Assembly: GCA_034659935.1 (NCBI GenBank)
Contig: JAYEIC010000020.1
Coordinates: 5,258-69,257, forward strand
DNA: 64,000 nt
From: Methanobacteriota archaeon
GTDB taxonomy: Archaea > Halobacteriota > Methanomicrobia > Methanomicrobiales > Methanomicrobiaceae
Direction: 5' to 3'
Under the pieces are notes generated by a model, which searched no databases, had not been told where the DNA came from, and worked only from the letters and a program-made list of their open reading frames with translations. This document shows positions 1-9,634 of this stretch, piece by piece. Position 1 is the first letter of the stretch. Each line of letters opens with the position of its first letter. The translations under genes and the position numbers were made by a program.

Positions 1-320
1 TCGGTGTACCCCGGTGTTGTGTATATATAACCCCTTGAGAACAACTCCCCTGCCTCCAGTCTGGTCTCTTCTATCAGTTCCCTTCCGGCTGTTTCTGCAG
101 GTGTTTCCCCTACATCCATTGTGCCTGCAGGTACTTCATAGATGTATTTATCAATCGGATAACGGTACTGCCGGATCAGGTAACAGTAATCACCCTCAAT
201 TGGCAGCATAGCAACCGCATTTCCCGGCCTTACAACAATCCGCACAATTTCCCTTCCTGATGGTAATGTGAGCGTGAACTCCTCCACTTTTAACCGACCG
301 CTGTTATAGATCTCCTTCAT
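1..320 (-). CDS. NUDIX hydrolase (ADP-ribose pyrophosphatase-like), partial; C-terminus lies beyond the left edge
   Basis: Absent from the ORF track because it is truncated. Reverse translation from the ATG at 320-318 gives MKEIYNSGRLKVEEFTLTLPSGREIVRIVVRPGNAVAMLPIEGDYCYLIRQYRYPIDKYIYEVPAGTMDVGETPAETAGRELIEETRLEAG... This contains a near-canonical Nudix box (G-x5-E-x7-REL-IEE). Confidence 0.75.
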   Translation of the reverse strand, partial: MKEIYNSGRLKVEEFTLTLPSGREIVRIVVRPGNAVAMLPIEGDYCYLIRQYRYPIDKYIYEVPAGTMDVGETPAETAGRELIEETRLEAGELFSRGYIYTTPGYT

Positions 321-323
321 CTC

Positions 324-989
324 TCAAACCTCATACTGGATAGGATCTCTCATACCAAGTGCCTCAAATGCTTCCAGACGGTAGTAGCACGAATCACAGG
401 TTCCACAGGCAGGAGAATTACTCCTGTAGCATGACCATGTATCTTCGTATGGCACCCCAAGCTCAATACCACGTCTGAGGATATCTGTTTTGTCCATATC
501 CACAAACGGTGTTTTGAGTGTAATTGCAGTCCCGTCCGCAGTGCCTGTATCTATCACACGCTGAAAAGCCTCAATAAACTCAGGTCTGCAGTCAGGGTAA
601 CCTGCATAATCTGAAGACTGAACACCGATAAAAACAGCATCGCCACCTCTTGATTCAGCAAATGAAGTTGCTATTGAGAGCATTGTCGCATTCCGAAACG
701 GCACGTACGTAGCAGGCAGAGACGATCTATCCATGCCGTGATCCTCAACAGGAATCGTCCCATCCGTAAGACTGCTACCGCCGATCTGTTTGAGGAAGTC
801 CAGCTCAATCTCCATAAACTCAATCGCGTGTAAGGATTCTGCAATCTTCTTTGCACACTTCCTCTCCTGATCCTCAGTCCTCTGCCCATAACACATGTGA
901 AGAGCGAGGATCTCATACCCCATATCCTTTGCAAGATATGCAAGTGTTGAGGAATCCATCCCGCCGGATAAGAGACAAACTGCCCTCAT
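324..989 (-). CDS. queC: 7-cyano-7-deazaguanine (preQ0) synthase QueC
   Basis: 221 aa. N-terminal SGGMDS PP-loop ([18 protein letters not shown]) and a C-terminal Cys cluster (CGTCDSC) are typical of QueC. Adjacent to queE and queD. Confidence 0.9.
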   Translation of the reverse strand: MRAVCLLSGGMDSSTLAYLAKDMGYEILALHMCYGQRTEDQERKCAKKIAESLHAIEFMEIELDFLKQIGGSSLTDGTIPVEDHGMDRSSLPATYVPFRNATMLSIATSFAESRGGDAVFIGVQSSDYAGYPDCRPEFIEAFQRVIDTGTADGTAITLKTPFVDMDKTDILRRGIELGVPYEDTWSCYRSNSPACGTCDSCYYRLEAFEALGMRDPIQYEV

Positions 990-1616
990 TTATTTTACCC
1001 CTATCAGTTTATGGAGCTGGATCTGTAACCGTGCCGCTATGTTATTATCCATCACAAAATCAGCGATCTCCCTGTAACTGCTGCCTTCCACAGGTGAGAT
1101 AAAAACAGTACCACAGATATCGTTACTTTCAATCACCTCTTTTGCATATATACAGTCTGCAATATCCGCCACCACAAACTTCACCGAATCTGATTCACGG
1201 ATATAATTCAGGAGATTAAGGTTACTCTTCTCACCGGATGACGGACATTTTACATCCATACAGATACTGGCAAACTGCTGTGTCTGCCTGAAATCAATTG
1301 TGCCGTTCGTCTCAATACTAATAATATACCCACCCTGAATCAACCTTTCAAGGAGAATGAGAACTTCCTCACACTGTAGCAGGGGTTCACCGCCTGTAAC
1401 ACATACAGTATTACAGTGCAGATCACTCACCCTCTCTATGACCTCAGATACTGCCATCTCCACGCCACCCCCCTCTCTTGATTGGGGCGTGTCGCACCAT
1501 GCACATCTGAGGTTACACCCGGAGAGGCGTATAAAAGTTGTCAGAAGTCCCTGAGAGAGACCCTCTCCCTGCAGGCTCTTAAATATCTCAATTATCTTCA
1601 TAGTTGCATTCTGCAT
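990..1616 (-). CDS. queE: 7-carboxy-7-deazaguanine synthase QueE (radical SAM)
   Basis: 208 aa. IFKSLQGEG motif plus a radical-SAM cluster CNLRCAWCDT. The true start may be the ATG at 1601 (MKIIEIF...). Overlaps the queD stop. Confidence 0.9.
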   Translation of the reverse strand: MQNATMKIIEIFKSLQGEGLSQGLLTTFIRLSGCNLRCAWCDTPQSREGGGVEMAVSEVIERVSDLHCNTVCVTGGEPLLQCEEVLILLERLIQGGYIISIETNGTIDFRQTQQFASICMDVKCPSSGEKSNLNLLNYIRESDSVKFVVADIADCIYAKEVIESNDICGTVFISPVEGSSYREIADFVMDNNIAARLQIQLHKLIGVK

Positions 1617-2001
1617 AGCAACTGGTCGATTCCCAGACTCTGATCTTTGTTACTTCAGCCACAAAATCCTGCTTTTTGCACTCATCAGTAATCAGCCCTG
1701 CAATCAGATCAGCCATAAGCTCGCTTGTCGGGTCACCATCAGTCATCACAACCTCCTGAAACTTTGAGAGGCATTCAACCATAGGATCATCTTTGTTTAA
1801 TATTATCTGGTGGTCAAACCTGTTGACAACCTGTTTTATGCAGTTGTAATCCACAAGAATCCGGGTCTGTGCATCCACATCACCTCTCATCCAGACTTCA
1901 ACCCTCCACTGGTGTCCATGGAGCCTGAAGCACTTTCCTTTGTAGTGGAGCAGACGGTGGGCCGCCTCAAAATATGCTTCTTTATATATCCGGGTATACA
2001 T
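1588..2001 (-). CDS. queD: 6-carboxy-5,6,7,8-tetrahydropterin synthase QueD
   Basis: 137 aa. PTPS-family motifs (FEAAHRL...HGHQWRVEVW). First gene of the queD-queE-queC string. Confidence 0.9.
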   Translation of the reverse strand: MYTRIYKEAYFEAAHRLLHYKGKCFRLHGHQWRVEVWMRGDVDAQTRILVDYNCIKQVVNRFDHQIILNKDDPMVECLSKFQEVVMTDGDPTSELMADLIAGLITDECKKQDFVAEVTKIRVWESTSCYAECNYEDN

Positions 2002-2397
2002 TGGTGTATCTTTTGATGATCATCTGATATAACCCTCTTGGGCAGAGAGCCGGAATTACTATAATAATTACTGATCCTGTGTGGTAATTTTCATCCGCGC
2101 ATGAGATAAAAAGGAGCCGCCATATTATACAATATAATCGGGACAGGACATATGAGATACAAGCGTTTAATACAATATGAGTGCCATAGTTAAGGCAGGA
2201 ATCTGATATTTGCGTGACAGCGGTGGAGAGGATAACAGAGGGGGTATCGACTCTGTAACTGAATAAAACAGAAATGTTTTACATATTTCTGTTTTAAGAG
2301 GTGACTCTCAGTCATAAGAATATATCAATTTCACGCGAGCGTTAAAACTCCAAAAGACAGTCTCAAATCAGTAAAAACAAAAATGTGAGGATCCCCA

Positions 2398-2826
2398 ATG
2401 GGTAATGGAAAATTTGCAGCAAGAAAATGTAAGCGCAACTCAAAAGATAACAGATGGCGCGATACAAACTATGCCAGACGGCAGCTCGGCCTCGACATAA
2501 AGGCAGATCCTCTTGAAGGTGCACCGCAGGCACGCGGTATCGTTCTTGAGAAAGTAGGTGTAGAGGCGAAACAGCCGAACTCAGCTATCCGTAAGTGTGT
2601 GCGTGTCCAGTTAATCAAAAATGGCCGCCAGGTAACCGCTTTCGCAGTGGGCGACGGTGCAATCAACTTCATTGATGAGCACGACGAAGTGACCATCGAA
2701 GGTATCGGCGGTCGTCTCGGACGGTCAAAAGGAGATATTCCTGGTGTCCGTTTCCAGGTAATTGAAGTTAACAACGTATGCCTGCGTGAAATGGTCACAG
2801 GTAAGAAAGAGAAACCACGCAGGTGA
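2398..2826 (+). CDS. rps12: 30S ribosomal protein S12 (uS12)
   Basis: 142 aa. The [19 protein letters not shown] core of archaeal uS12. Followed by S7 and EF-2 (str-operon order). Confidence 0.95.
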   Translation: MGNGKFAARKCKRNSKDNRWRDTNYARRQLGLDIKADPLEGAPQARGIVLEKVGVEAKQPNSAIRKCVRVQLIKNGRQVTAFAVGDGAINFIDEHDEVTIEGIGGRLGRSKGDIPGVRFQVIEVNNVCLREMVTGKKEKPRR

Positions 2827-2831
2827 TTTAA

Positions 2832-3464
2832 ATGACAGAAGAAGAATTTGTAGCAGAAAATGTGGAAACCCCGGTTGCTGAAGAGACTCAGGAACCAAAG
2901 GCAAAATACCTGTTATTTAACAAGTGGGATTTATCTGAAGTACAGATCAATGATCCGGGTCTGGTTCGTTACGTCAGCCTTGATTCAATGATCGTTCCCC
3001 ACTCATGTGGAAAACTTGCAGGAACACAGTTTGCAAAGAGTGACATGCTCATTGTTGAACGCCTTGTCAACAAGCTCATGCAGACCGAGCATAACACAGG
3101 GAAAAAGGAACTTACAACAGGGATTGTACGTGACGCATTTGAGATCATCTATGAAAAGACAAAACGGCACCCTGTTGAGGTTCTCATAGAGGCAATTGCA
3201 AATACCGGACCACGTGAAGAGACAGTCAGGCTCAAGTACGGTGGTATCAACGTGCCAAAATCAGTTGATACCGCACCACAAAGGCGTGTAGACTCTGCAC
3301 TCACTTTCATTGCACAGGCTGTTAAAAAGACAAGCCACAAGAAAAAGCGCTCTGTCAGCGCATCCCTTGCAGATGAACTTATTGCAGGGTCAAAAGGTGA
3401 CTCGCGCTGTTTCTCAGTAGGTAAGAAGGAAGAACGTGAACGCGTTGCAAAATCTGCCCGCTAA
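2832..3464 (+). CDS. rps7: 30S ribosomal protein S7 (uS7)
   Basis: 210 aa. Archaeal uS7 signature LLFNKWDLSEVQINDPGLVRYVSL and a C-terminal KKEERERVAKSAR. Acidic N-terminal extension. Confidence 0.95.
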   Translation: MTEEEFVAENVETPVAEETQEPKAKYLLFNKWDLSEVQINDPGLVRYVSLDSMIVPHSCGKLAGTQFAKSDMLIVERLVNKLMQTEHNTGKKELTTGIVRDAFEIIYEKTKRHPVEVLIEAIANTGPREETVRLKYGGINVPKSVDTAPQRRVDSALTFIAQAVKKTSHKKKRSVSASLADELIAGSKGDSRCFSVGKKEERERVAKSAR

Positions 3465-3489
3465 TATCTACTTTTTTTGGTGAAATAAT

Positions 3490-5685
3490 ATGACAAGACG
3501 AAAAAAGATGGTTGAGCGAGTCACAACACTGATGGGCAGTCCTGAACAGATCAGAAACATCGGTATTGTAGCTCACATAGATCATGGTAAGACTACTCTC
3601 TCTGACAATCTCCTCGCAGGCGCAGGGATGATCAGTGAGGAGATTGCAGGTAAAGCATGCTGGATGGACTCTGATGCAGAAGAACAGGCCCGTGGAATTA
3701 CCATTGATTCTTCAAACGTCTCAATGGTACACGAGTACGACGGCAAAGAGTACCTCATCAACATGATCGACACACCGGGACACGTTGACTTTGGTGGGGA
3801 CGTAACCCGTGCAATGCGTGCAGTGGACGGTGCAGTCGTCCTCGTAGACGCAGTCGAAGGGACCATGCCACAGACAGAGACTGTCCTAAGACAGGCACTC
3901 AAAGAGGGTGTAAAGCCAATTCTTTTCATCAACAAAGTGGACCGTCTCATAAACGAACTTCGTGTCGATGAGATGGAGATGCAGATCCGCCTCGGAAAGG
4001 TGATTGACAAGGTCAACAAGCTCATCAAAGGTATGAACGAGGAAGCCTACAAAAATGGCTGGAAACTTAATGCAGCAGACGGTACTGTCGCATTCGGTTC
4101 AGCTCTCTATAACTGGGCAGTCTCTGTTCCGTACATGAAGAAGAGTGGTGTCTCATTTGCAGATGTCTACAATAAATGTACTGCAAACGATATGAAGTGG
4201 CTCGCAAAGGAAAGTCCACTCTGTGATGTCCTCCTTGATATAGTTGTACGCACCCTCCCCGACCCACTTGAAGCCCAGAAACGCCGTGTACCTATTATAT
4301 GGCAGCATGGTGATCGCAAAACAACAGAAGGTGCCGCAATGCTCAACTGCGATCCAAACGGACCGGTCGGTCTGATGGTTACTGACATCTCATTTGACCC
4401 GCACGCAGGAGAAGTTGCAACAGGACGTCTCTTTTCAGGTACACTCAGACGTGGTACAGAACTCTACGTCATGGGCAGCGCAAAGAAGGTAAACCGCCTG
4501 ACACAGGTAGGTATCTTTATGGGTGCAGAAAGAATTGAGGTTGAATCACTGCCCGGAGGCAATATCGCAGCAGTGACCGGCCTTAAGGATGCGATCGTAG
4601 GTTCAACCGTATCAAGCCTCATGGAGATGACACCATTTGAGGATTTAAAGCACTACTCAGAGCCTGTCATGACCGTTGCCATTGAGGCAAAGCACATGAA
4701 GGATCTCCCAAAGTTAGTGACTGTGCTCCGTCAGGTAGGAAAGGAAGACCCGACTGTTAATGTTTCAATCAATGAGGAAACTGGTGAACACTTAATCTCC
4801 GGTATGGGTGAACTTCACCTTGAGATCATCACCGGTCGTATCGCCCGTGATAAGGGTGTTGAAATCACAACATCTCCACCAATTGTGGTGTACCGTGAGA
4901 CAGTCGCCGGCACTGCAGGTCCGATCGAAGGCAAGTCTCCAAACCGTCATAACCGGTTCTATATTATACTTGAACCAATGGACCCTGTAGTTGTCCAGAA
5001 GATAAAAGATGGAGAGATTTCCATGGACATGCCACAGTTCGACCGTCGTGATGCACTTGTCGAACTGGGCTTTGACAAAGATGAAGCCAAGAAAGTGAAA
5101 GCTATCCAGGGCACTAATATGTTCATCGATATGACAAAGGGTGTCCAGAATCTGAATGAAACCATGGAGCTTGTACTTGACGGGTGGAAAGAGGCACTGG
5201 CGGGCGGTCCGCTTGCAGATGAACTGGTTCAGAACGTAAAGATCACTCTGGTTGATGTCAAACTCCACGAGGATGCAATTCACCGTGGTCCTGCACAGAT
5301 TATCCCGGCAATCCGTTCAGCTGTAAAAGGCGGACTGTTAATGGCAGGCGATACACTGCTTGAACCAATGCAGATCCTCCAGATCACCGTCCCGCAGGAC
5401 CATATGGGTAGTGCAACAGGTCAGATCCAGGGACGCCGCGGTCAGGTCTATGATATGACATCCCTTGGGGATACAGTTACCATTATCGGTAAGGCACCTG
5501 TGGCAGAACTCTTTGGTTTTGCAGGCGATATCCGTTCAGCAACTGAAGGGCGTGCAATGTGGTCAACAGAGTTTGCAGGGTTCGAAACTGTTCCCGGCGG
5601 TATGCTCAAAGAAGTGGTCACAGAAATCAGAAAGCGCAAGGGTTTAAAGGAACAGATGCCTGAACCTGCAGATTATCTTGGGTAA
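3490..5685 (+). CDS. fusA: Translation elongation factor aEF-2
   Basis: 731 aa. GTPase G1-G4 motifs ([21 protein letters not shown]). Diphthamide-site context [11 protein letters not shown] near the C-terminus. Confidence 0.97.
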   Translation: MTRRKKMVERVTTLMGSPEQIRNIGIVAHIDHGKTTLSDNLLAGAGMISEEIAGKACWMDSDAEEQARGITIDSSNVSMVHEYDGKEYLINMIDTPGHVDFGGDVTRAMRAVDGAVVLVDAVEGTMPQTETVLRQALKEGVKPILFINKVDRLINELRVDEMEMQIRLGKVIDKVNKLIKGMNEEAYKNGWKLNAADGTVAFGSALYNWAVSVPYMKKSGVSFADVYNKCTANDMKWLAKESPLCDVLLDIVVRTLPDPLEAQKRRVPIIWQHGDRKTTEGAAMLNCDPNGPVGLMVTDISFDPHAGEVATGRLFSGTLRRGTELYVMGSAKKVNRLTQVGIFMGAERIEVESLPGGNIAAVTGLKDAIVGSTVSSLMEMTPFEDLKHYSEPVMTVAIEAKHMKDLPKLVTVLRQVGKEDPTVNVSINEETGEHLISGMGELHLEIITGRIARDKGVEITTSPPIVVYRETVAGTAGPIEGKSPNRHNRFYIILEPMDPVVVQKIKDGEISMDMPQFDRRDALVELGFDKDEAKKVKAIQGTNMFIDMTKGVQNLNETMELVLDGWKEALAGGPLADELVQNVKITLVDVKLHEDAIHRGPAQIIPAIRSAVKGGLLMAGDTLLEPMQILQITVPQDHMGSATGQIQGRRGQVYDMTSLGDTVTIIGKAPVAELFGFAGDIRSATEGRAMWSTEFAGFETVPGGMLKEVVTEIRKRKGLKEQMPEPADYLG

Positions 5686-5699
5686 TCTTTCACCCGATA

Positions 5700-5714
5700 T
5701 TTTTTTTGTTTTTT
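5700..5714 (+). terminator. Oligo-T tract downstream of aEF-2 (archaeal-type termination signal)
   Basis: T8-G-T6 (TTTTTTTTGTTTTTT) begins 15 nt after the EF-2 stop codon. Confidence 0.5.
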
Positions 5715-5783
5715 CGTCTTCCGGTTATCTTTTGCATAGAGCCGGATGTAAAAGGAATTGCCTGGAGATTCTGTATTATGTCA

Positions 5784-6524
5784 TTATTGCAGAACGCTTT
5801 TCTCATATTCACTGGTCATGAAGAATTTTGAAAATTTACCTTCCTTTTTGTTTTTTATAACGCCGGCTTCAGATAGTCTTTTTATGTGCCAGTGTACTGT
5901 ACTCTTGTCGATACCGATCATTCTTGAGACAGAGTTGTTTGAAACCCCCGGTTTTTCTTTAATTATATAAATTATCTTCTTTGTAGTAACATTTCGGCAA
6001 AGCGCCATTATTACTCTCTGCTCGTGACTGAATCTCGATTTGTTCTGAAAATAGCAGAATATATGCCCTGTTTTTACTGAAACAATATCCCTGTTCTTTT
6101 CAAGCATGTAGAGATGATACCTGACGGTTCCTGTGTTAATCGCTGTATATGCATTAATCTCAGTTGTAGTGCATCTGGGATTATTAAAGATAAATTTCAT
6201 AATCTTCTTTCTTTTCTCATTTGGAATTTTTTCATCCCACTTTCCAATGATGAAAGGAATGTACTTTAAGAGGCAGAGAGAGGAAAAAGCTGCTCCTGAT
6301 ATAAACAAAATTTTAATCCATAGCGGTGTATCCTCAAAATTTCTTATCCCGTCAGTTCCTGAAGAGTCGATGTAGTCTCCGGGAAGAGTTGAACCGGTGA
6401 TGATATAGCCATCTGTTTCCCATGATGCAGATGCCGGAGCTGTTGCTGATGCCAGCATAATAAGCAGAAAAAATAATGCAATCTTTAAAGATTTTGATTT
6501 AGAAATAGTAATTGTGCGTCCCAT
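5784..6524 (-). CDS. Membrane-tethered protein with two winged-helix (ArsR/MarR-like) domains
   Basis: 246 aa. Domain order: signal-peptide-like N-terminus (IALFFLLIMLASATAPASA), a ~45-aa exposed segment, one TM helix (WIKILFISGAAFSSLCLLKYIPFII), then two wHTH-like repeats (TTTEINAYTAINTGTVRYHLYMLEKN and SNNSVSRMIGIDKSTVHWHIKRLSEAG). Its start overlaps the upstream gene by 26 nt. Confidence 0.6.
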   Translation of the reverse strand: MGRTITISKSKSLKIALFFLLIMLASATAPASASWETDGYIITGSTLPGDYIDSSGTDGIRNFEDTPLWIKILFISGAAFSSLCLLKYIPFIIGKWDEKIPNEKRKKIMKFIFNNPRCTTTEINAYTAINTGTVRYHLYMLEKNRDIVSVKTGHIFCYFQNKSRFSHEQRVIMALCRNVTTKKIIYIIKEKPGVSNNSVSRMIGIDKSTVHWHIKRLSEAGVIKNKKEGKFSKFFMTSEYEKSVLQ

Positions 6525-7077
6525 TCAGTTCCTCTCCCTTTACGGCATACCACCACTCTCCCATCGGCAGTCCACCTTCCTTCCGGATGAAAAAATAGGT
6601 CTGACCATTGATTTTCCTGTCAATACCATCAAAGAATGGCCCTAATACATCACCCTCCGGGGAATACACCATAAGACTCAGGTTTGCTGTTTTGTCCTTC
6701 CATTTGAGATTCAGGTTAAGTGTAGTAGTATATGATGTTATATTCTGGCTGTGCCAGTTCAGCTTATTCTCTTCAATTGAAACAGGTTCTTTTGGCCATC
6801 CTTTTTTCCACCTGTTTACTTTCGTTTTCTGTTCATCCGACAATTCGTCATAAAACTGCGGCCACGCTTTTTGCAGGTATTCACCAATGGTTATATCTGT
6901 CCCCCCAATCTCATTCATTATTTCAAGCTGTTCATCTGTTGCCTCTGCAAACATTGCCTGTGTGGGCAGAACGAGAATCAAGGCAAAAAAGAAGATCAGG
7001 AATGCTGCCTGAAACTTTACAAAAAACCCTTCTTTTCGAAGCTGCCAGAGGTTATATTGCTTTATCTTTTTTATCAT
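6499..7077 (-). CDS. Secreted protein, paralogue A (shared N-domain plus a PPC-like beta-sandwich tail)
   Basis: 192 aa with a hydrophobic leader. Residues ~45-100 (ATDEQLEIMNEIGGTDITIGEYLQKAWPQFYDELSDEQKTKVNRWKKGWPK) are nearly identical to the same region of ORF 7223..7807. The tail LNLKWKDKTANLSLMVYSPEGDVLG resembles pre-peptidase C-terminal domains. Confidence 0.55.
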   Translation of the reverse strand: MIKKIKQYNLWQLRKEGFFVKFQAAFLIFFFALILVLPTQAMFAEATDEQLEIMNEIGGTDITIGEYLQKAWPQFYDELSDEQKTKVNRWKKGWPKEPVSIEENKLNWHSQNITSYTTTLNLNLKWKDKTANLSLMVYSPEGDVLGPFFDGIDRKINGQTYFFIRKEGGLPMGEWWYAVKGEELNGTHNYYF

Positions 7078-7180
7078 ATTACCCTCTTTTAAAGGTTAGA
7101 TTGCAATTATTGCATATCCTGTGGTAATGCAATGCCAATTAACTTTTAATTTACTTTAGGAAAGTGTAAATATATAGCAT

Positions 7181-7209
7181 TTCTCTGAGAACCATCCAAC
7201 AAAAAAGGG
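7181..7209. promoter_or_regulatory. Conserved motif just upstream of the TATA-like box of paralogue A (copy 1)
   Basis: CTGAGAACCATCCAACAAAAAAGGG matches 20 of 25 positions of the copy at 7877..7903. On the minus strand it is followed after ~8 nt by TATATATTT. Confidence 0.4.
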
Positions 7210-7222
7210 ATCTCAGATGAGA

Positions 7223-7807
7223 TCATGAATAATACATCGGACCTGCTGAATCTGAATCTTCAGTGTCAGGACCCAGAGAATAACTCCATGCATTTGAGGT
7301 ATAATATCCTGATGACGGATACATTTTGATGTTTGATGCTTCAATATAACTTTCTGAGTTGCTGTATGCGGTAGAACTTACAGTCTGATCAGCGCTGTTT
7401 TTTAGTTTTACTTCGATATAATGATATCCTGGTGTTCCACCATAAACCGTTGAATCTCCGCTGTAATAGATCCTGTTCGTCCCGCTGCTTATATATGCAT
7501 TTGTTGACATTGAAGCCCGCGTGTTTTCATTTTCAGATACTGAATTACCTGATGAGGGTTTTGGCCAGCTTTTCTTCCATTTGTTCACTTTTTCCTTCTG
7601 TTCGTCTGTGAGTTCTTCATAGAATTGCGGCCATGCCTTCTGGAGGTATTCTCCTATGGTGATGTCCGTTCCTTCGATCTCGTTCATTATCTTTAACTGA
7701 TCAGCAGTTGCTTCTGCTTTCAGGGCACTTACCGGGGATACCGAGCAGATTATAAGTCCGAAGATTAAAAAAATTCCGAGCAGTGCACATTTCCTGTAGT
7801 TTTTCAT
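7223..7807 (-). CDS. Secreted protein, paralogue B (shared N-domain, Ser/Tyr/Gly-rich tail)
   Basis: 194 aa. Signal peptide (LLGIFLIFGLIICSVSPVSA), then ATADQLKIMNEIEGTDITIGEYLQKAWPQFYEELTDEQKEKVNKWKKSWPK. The C-terminal part is unrelated to paralogue A. Confidence 0.55.
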   Translation of the reverse strand: MKNYRKCALLGIFLIFGLIICSVSPVSALKAEATADQLKIMNEIEGTDITIGEYLQKAWPQFYEELTDEQKEKVNKWKKSWPKPSSGNSVSENENTRASMSTNAYISSGTNRIYYSGDSTVYGGTPGYHYIEVKLKNSADQTVSSTAYSNSESYIEASNIKMYPSSGYYTSNAWSYSLGPDTEDSDSAGPMYYS

Positions 7808-7876
7808 TGTTTCTTTCCTGTGTCTTGTTTTAATCTGACACAGATATGGTTATAATATTCAGGATAAATACAATTA

Positions 7877-7903
7877 TTCTGAGAAGTGTCCAACAATAAG
7901 GGG
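7877..7903. promoter_or_regulatory. Conserved motif just upstream of the TATA-like box of paralogue B (copy 2), in a divergent intergenic region
   Basis: CTGAGAAGTGTCCAACAATAAGGGG. On the minus strand it is followed by TGTATTTAT and lies ~70-95 nt upstream of the ATG at 7807. Confidence 0.4.
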
Positions 7904-7984
7904 CAGAGAGATTATTTGAGGGATTGGTTGTTGGACGGAAATCAGGTACATAATATATCTCTTCAGGCATATAGCTATTATTCG

Positions 7985-9241
7985 ATGAACAAAAAGGATA
8001 ATCCTGTAATAAAATTATTCAGGGGATTTTTCACTTTAGCTCTGATTATCTGCCTTCTAATTCCGGTTGTCCAGGCAGTCGACATTTTCGGCGAAGAAGA
8101 GATTATTTTTACAGCTGAAGACGGAGCTTATGCCTATGGGGCGATTGATTCTGACAATATCTTAATCTCCGAAATTTATCCGGGTAAGGACGGTTCAGGC
8201 TGGTCCAGGCTGTACCTGTACAATATCAGCAGTGAGATACTTGAAGAACTGCCTGTTGAAGATCCTCCTGATTTTAACCGCATGGATCTTTATAAAAATA
8301 TCGCCGTATGGAACAGAATAGTTGAGAAAGAGGATTTTGTCGAGGGTAAATTCTCTATCTATGCATATAATATTGATGAGAGAAATGATCCCCAGATAAT
8401 AGCAGAGAATTTTAATTCGGTCAACTGCCTGAAAATCGAAGAGAAGACGCTTGTAATTACAGGAAGAGATTCATTTTCGCTGGATTCTGGTGATCATGGA
8501 GATATCTACACATATAACTTTAATGAGAGAAGCCTGACTTGCTACAAACCGCCAGGTTGCCAGGGAACAGTTGCTATCTCCGGGACATATATCGTATTTT
8601 CCGATGACAGGTACGGTCAGATGAGAAACACCGTTCATGTAATGAATCTGGAAACTGGTGACAGATACCAGATCAGCGATGAAGAGAAGGGAGTATACTC
8701 ATCTCCTGATATATCCGGTGAAAATGTCGTCTGTTGCTTTGATGAGGATTTTGGATCATTCTTAAAGGATGAAGCACCCCAGCAACTTCTCCTGACCACA
8801 ATCTCTACAAATAAAACCCGGGTTATTGCCTCCCCGGGTGCGAGGATTTCAAGCCCTAAAATTGATGGTGACAATATTGTATGGAGTGATAAAAGAAGAG
8901 GAATCTACTCGATATGGCTCTATAATCTCAATGAGAATAAGGAAACACTAATCTCGGATACAGAGGGAGAATACGGCGGTGCAGTGGATATATCCCACGA
9001 TACAGTAATGTGGTCTGATACTGTGAATGACCGGAGTGTTTTAAAGATAAAAAGAATTGCTACTTCTGTAATTTCAGGAGATATCCCTGAGAGCACGCAA
9101 CAGGTTTTGGAAAATCCGGGCACAAGCGCTTTAGAGGAAAATCCTCCTAAAACTGCAGGTCTGTCTTCAGGATTGCCTCTGCTGGCTGTAATCCTTGGTT
9201 TATGCTGCATTGTACGAAGAATGGTTGCATATAAAAAGTAG
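7985..9241 (+). CDS. Cell-surface protein with repetitive beta-propeller-like (TolB-like) segments and a C-terminal TM anchor
   Basis: The track ORF 7886..9241 starts at a GTG. The ATG at 7985 gives a signal peptide (MNKKDNPVIKLFRGFFTLALIICLLIPVVQA). Recurrent motifs of the type D-x-N-I/V-V-W/CC-x-D run through the body. The C-terminus is GLPLLAVILGLCCIVRRMVAYKK. Confidence 0.6.
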   Translation: MNKKDNPVIKLFRGFFTLALIICLLIPVVQAVDIFGEEEIIFTAEDGAYAYGAIDSDNILISEIYPGKDGSGWSRLYLYNISSEILEELPVEDPPDFNRMDLYKNIAVWNRIVEKEDFVEGKFSIYAYNIDERNDPQIIAENFNSVNCLKIEEKTLVITGRDSFSLDSGDHGDIYTYNFNERSLTCYKPPGCQGTVAISGTYIVFSDDRYGQMRNTVHVMNLETGDRYQISDEEKGVYSSPDISGENVVCCFDEDFGSFLKDEAPQQLLLTTISTNKTRVIASPGARISSPKIDGDNIVWSDKRRGIYSIWLYNLNENKETLISDTEGEYGGAVDISHDTVMWSDTVNDRSVLKIKRIATSVISGDIPESTQQVLENPGTSALEENPPKTAGLSSGLPLLAVILGLCCIVRRMVAYKK

Positions 9242-9414
9242 AATATATCACACCTGACTCAGGCACATCTCATTTTCGTGTAATTTAAAGGGAATGAGAT
9301 AACATACGGGCAGTGTTCCATAAAGCATTATCTCCCAGATGCCTGGCTTAAAGTTAAATCCGGCGCCCATGGTGTTCCTGAGTGCTGTCAGAATGAGCAC
9401 TACAACAAAGAATA

Positions 9415-9630
9415 TTATCGGAATTCATCCAGATGAATCCCGGTATCTTCGGAAATTTTGTTAAGTATTTTGGGATGAATTATTTTACCTGAATATATGG
9501 GGACAGTGACTTTGATTCCTTTCTGATTTTTGTAGATTCTATAACTTCCACTCTGTCTGACAGACACATAGCCGTGCTTCTCAAGTGTTTTGGAGACTTT
9601 TGCTCCATTAACACGTGGAGTCCTGCTCAT
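9415..9630 (-). CDS. hicA: HicA-family (YcfA-like) toxin homologue
   Basis: 71 aa. Aligns to the HicA pattern L-x-K-x-G-[FY]-x-x-x-R-Q-x-G-S-[H]...V-P-x-[H]. Both expected His positions are Tyr here (SGSYRIY, VPIYSGK). Confidence 0.65.
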   Translation of the reverse strand: MSRTPRVNGAKVSKTLEKHGYVSVRQSGSYRIYKNQKGIKVTVPIYSGKIIHPKILNKISEDTGIHLDEFR

Positions 9631-9634
9631 AATT

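Noticed and set aside
2013-2078. C/D-box sRNA-like arrangement (TGATGA ... CTGA ... CTGA) between queD and rps12.
   Set aside because: The spacing between the box C-like and first box D-like element is only 4 nt. There is no C'/D' pair and no terminal stem, so it does not fit the archaeal C/D sRNA architecture.
2265-2295. Perfect 11-bp stem hairpin AAAACAGAAAT-gttttacat-ATTTCTGTTTT about 100 nt upstream of rps12.
   Set aside because: It is real as a sequence feature, but I cannot tie it to a function. No co-directional gene ends upstream of it, and it is a single occurrence in the window.
9150-9241. C-terminus of the surface protein as an archaeosortase (PGF-CTERM-type) sorting signal.
   Set aside because: The tail has a TM helix plus basic residues (GLPLLAVILGLCCIVRRMVAYKK) but lacks the PGF (or PEF) tripeptide. 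I report only a generic C-terminal anchor.
9248-9370. 40-codon hydrophobic ORF downstream of hicA (MGAGFNFKPGIWEIMLYGTLPVCYLIPFKLHENEMCLSQV*).
   Set aside because: Too short and unsupported. It could be a relic of a membrane-protein gene or simply chance in A+T-rich DNA.
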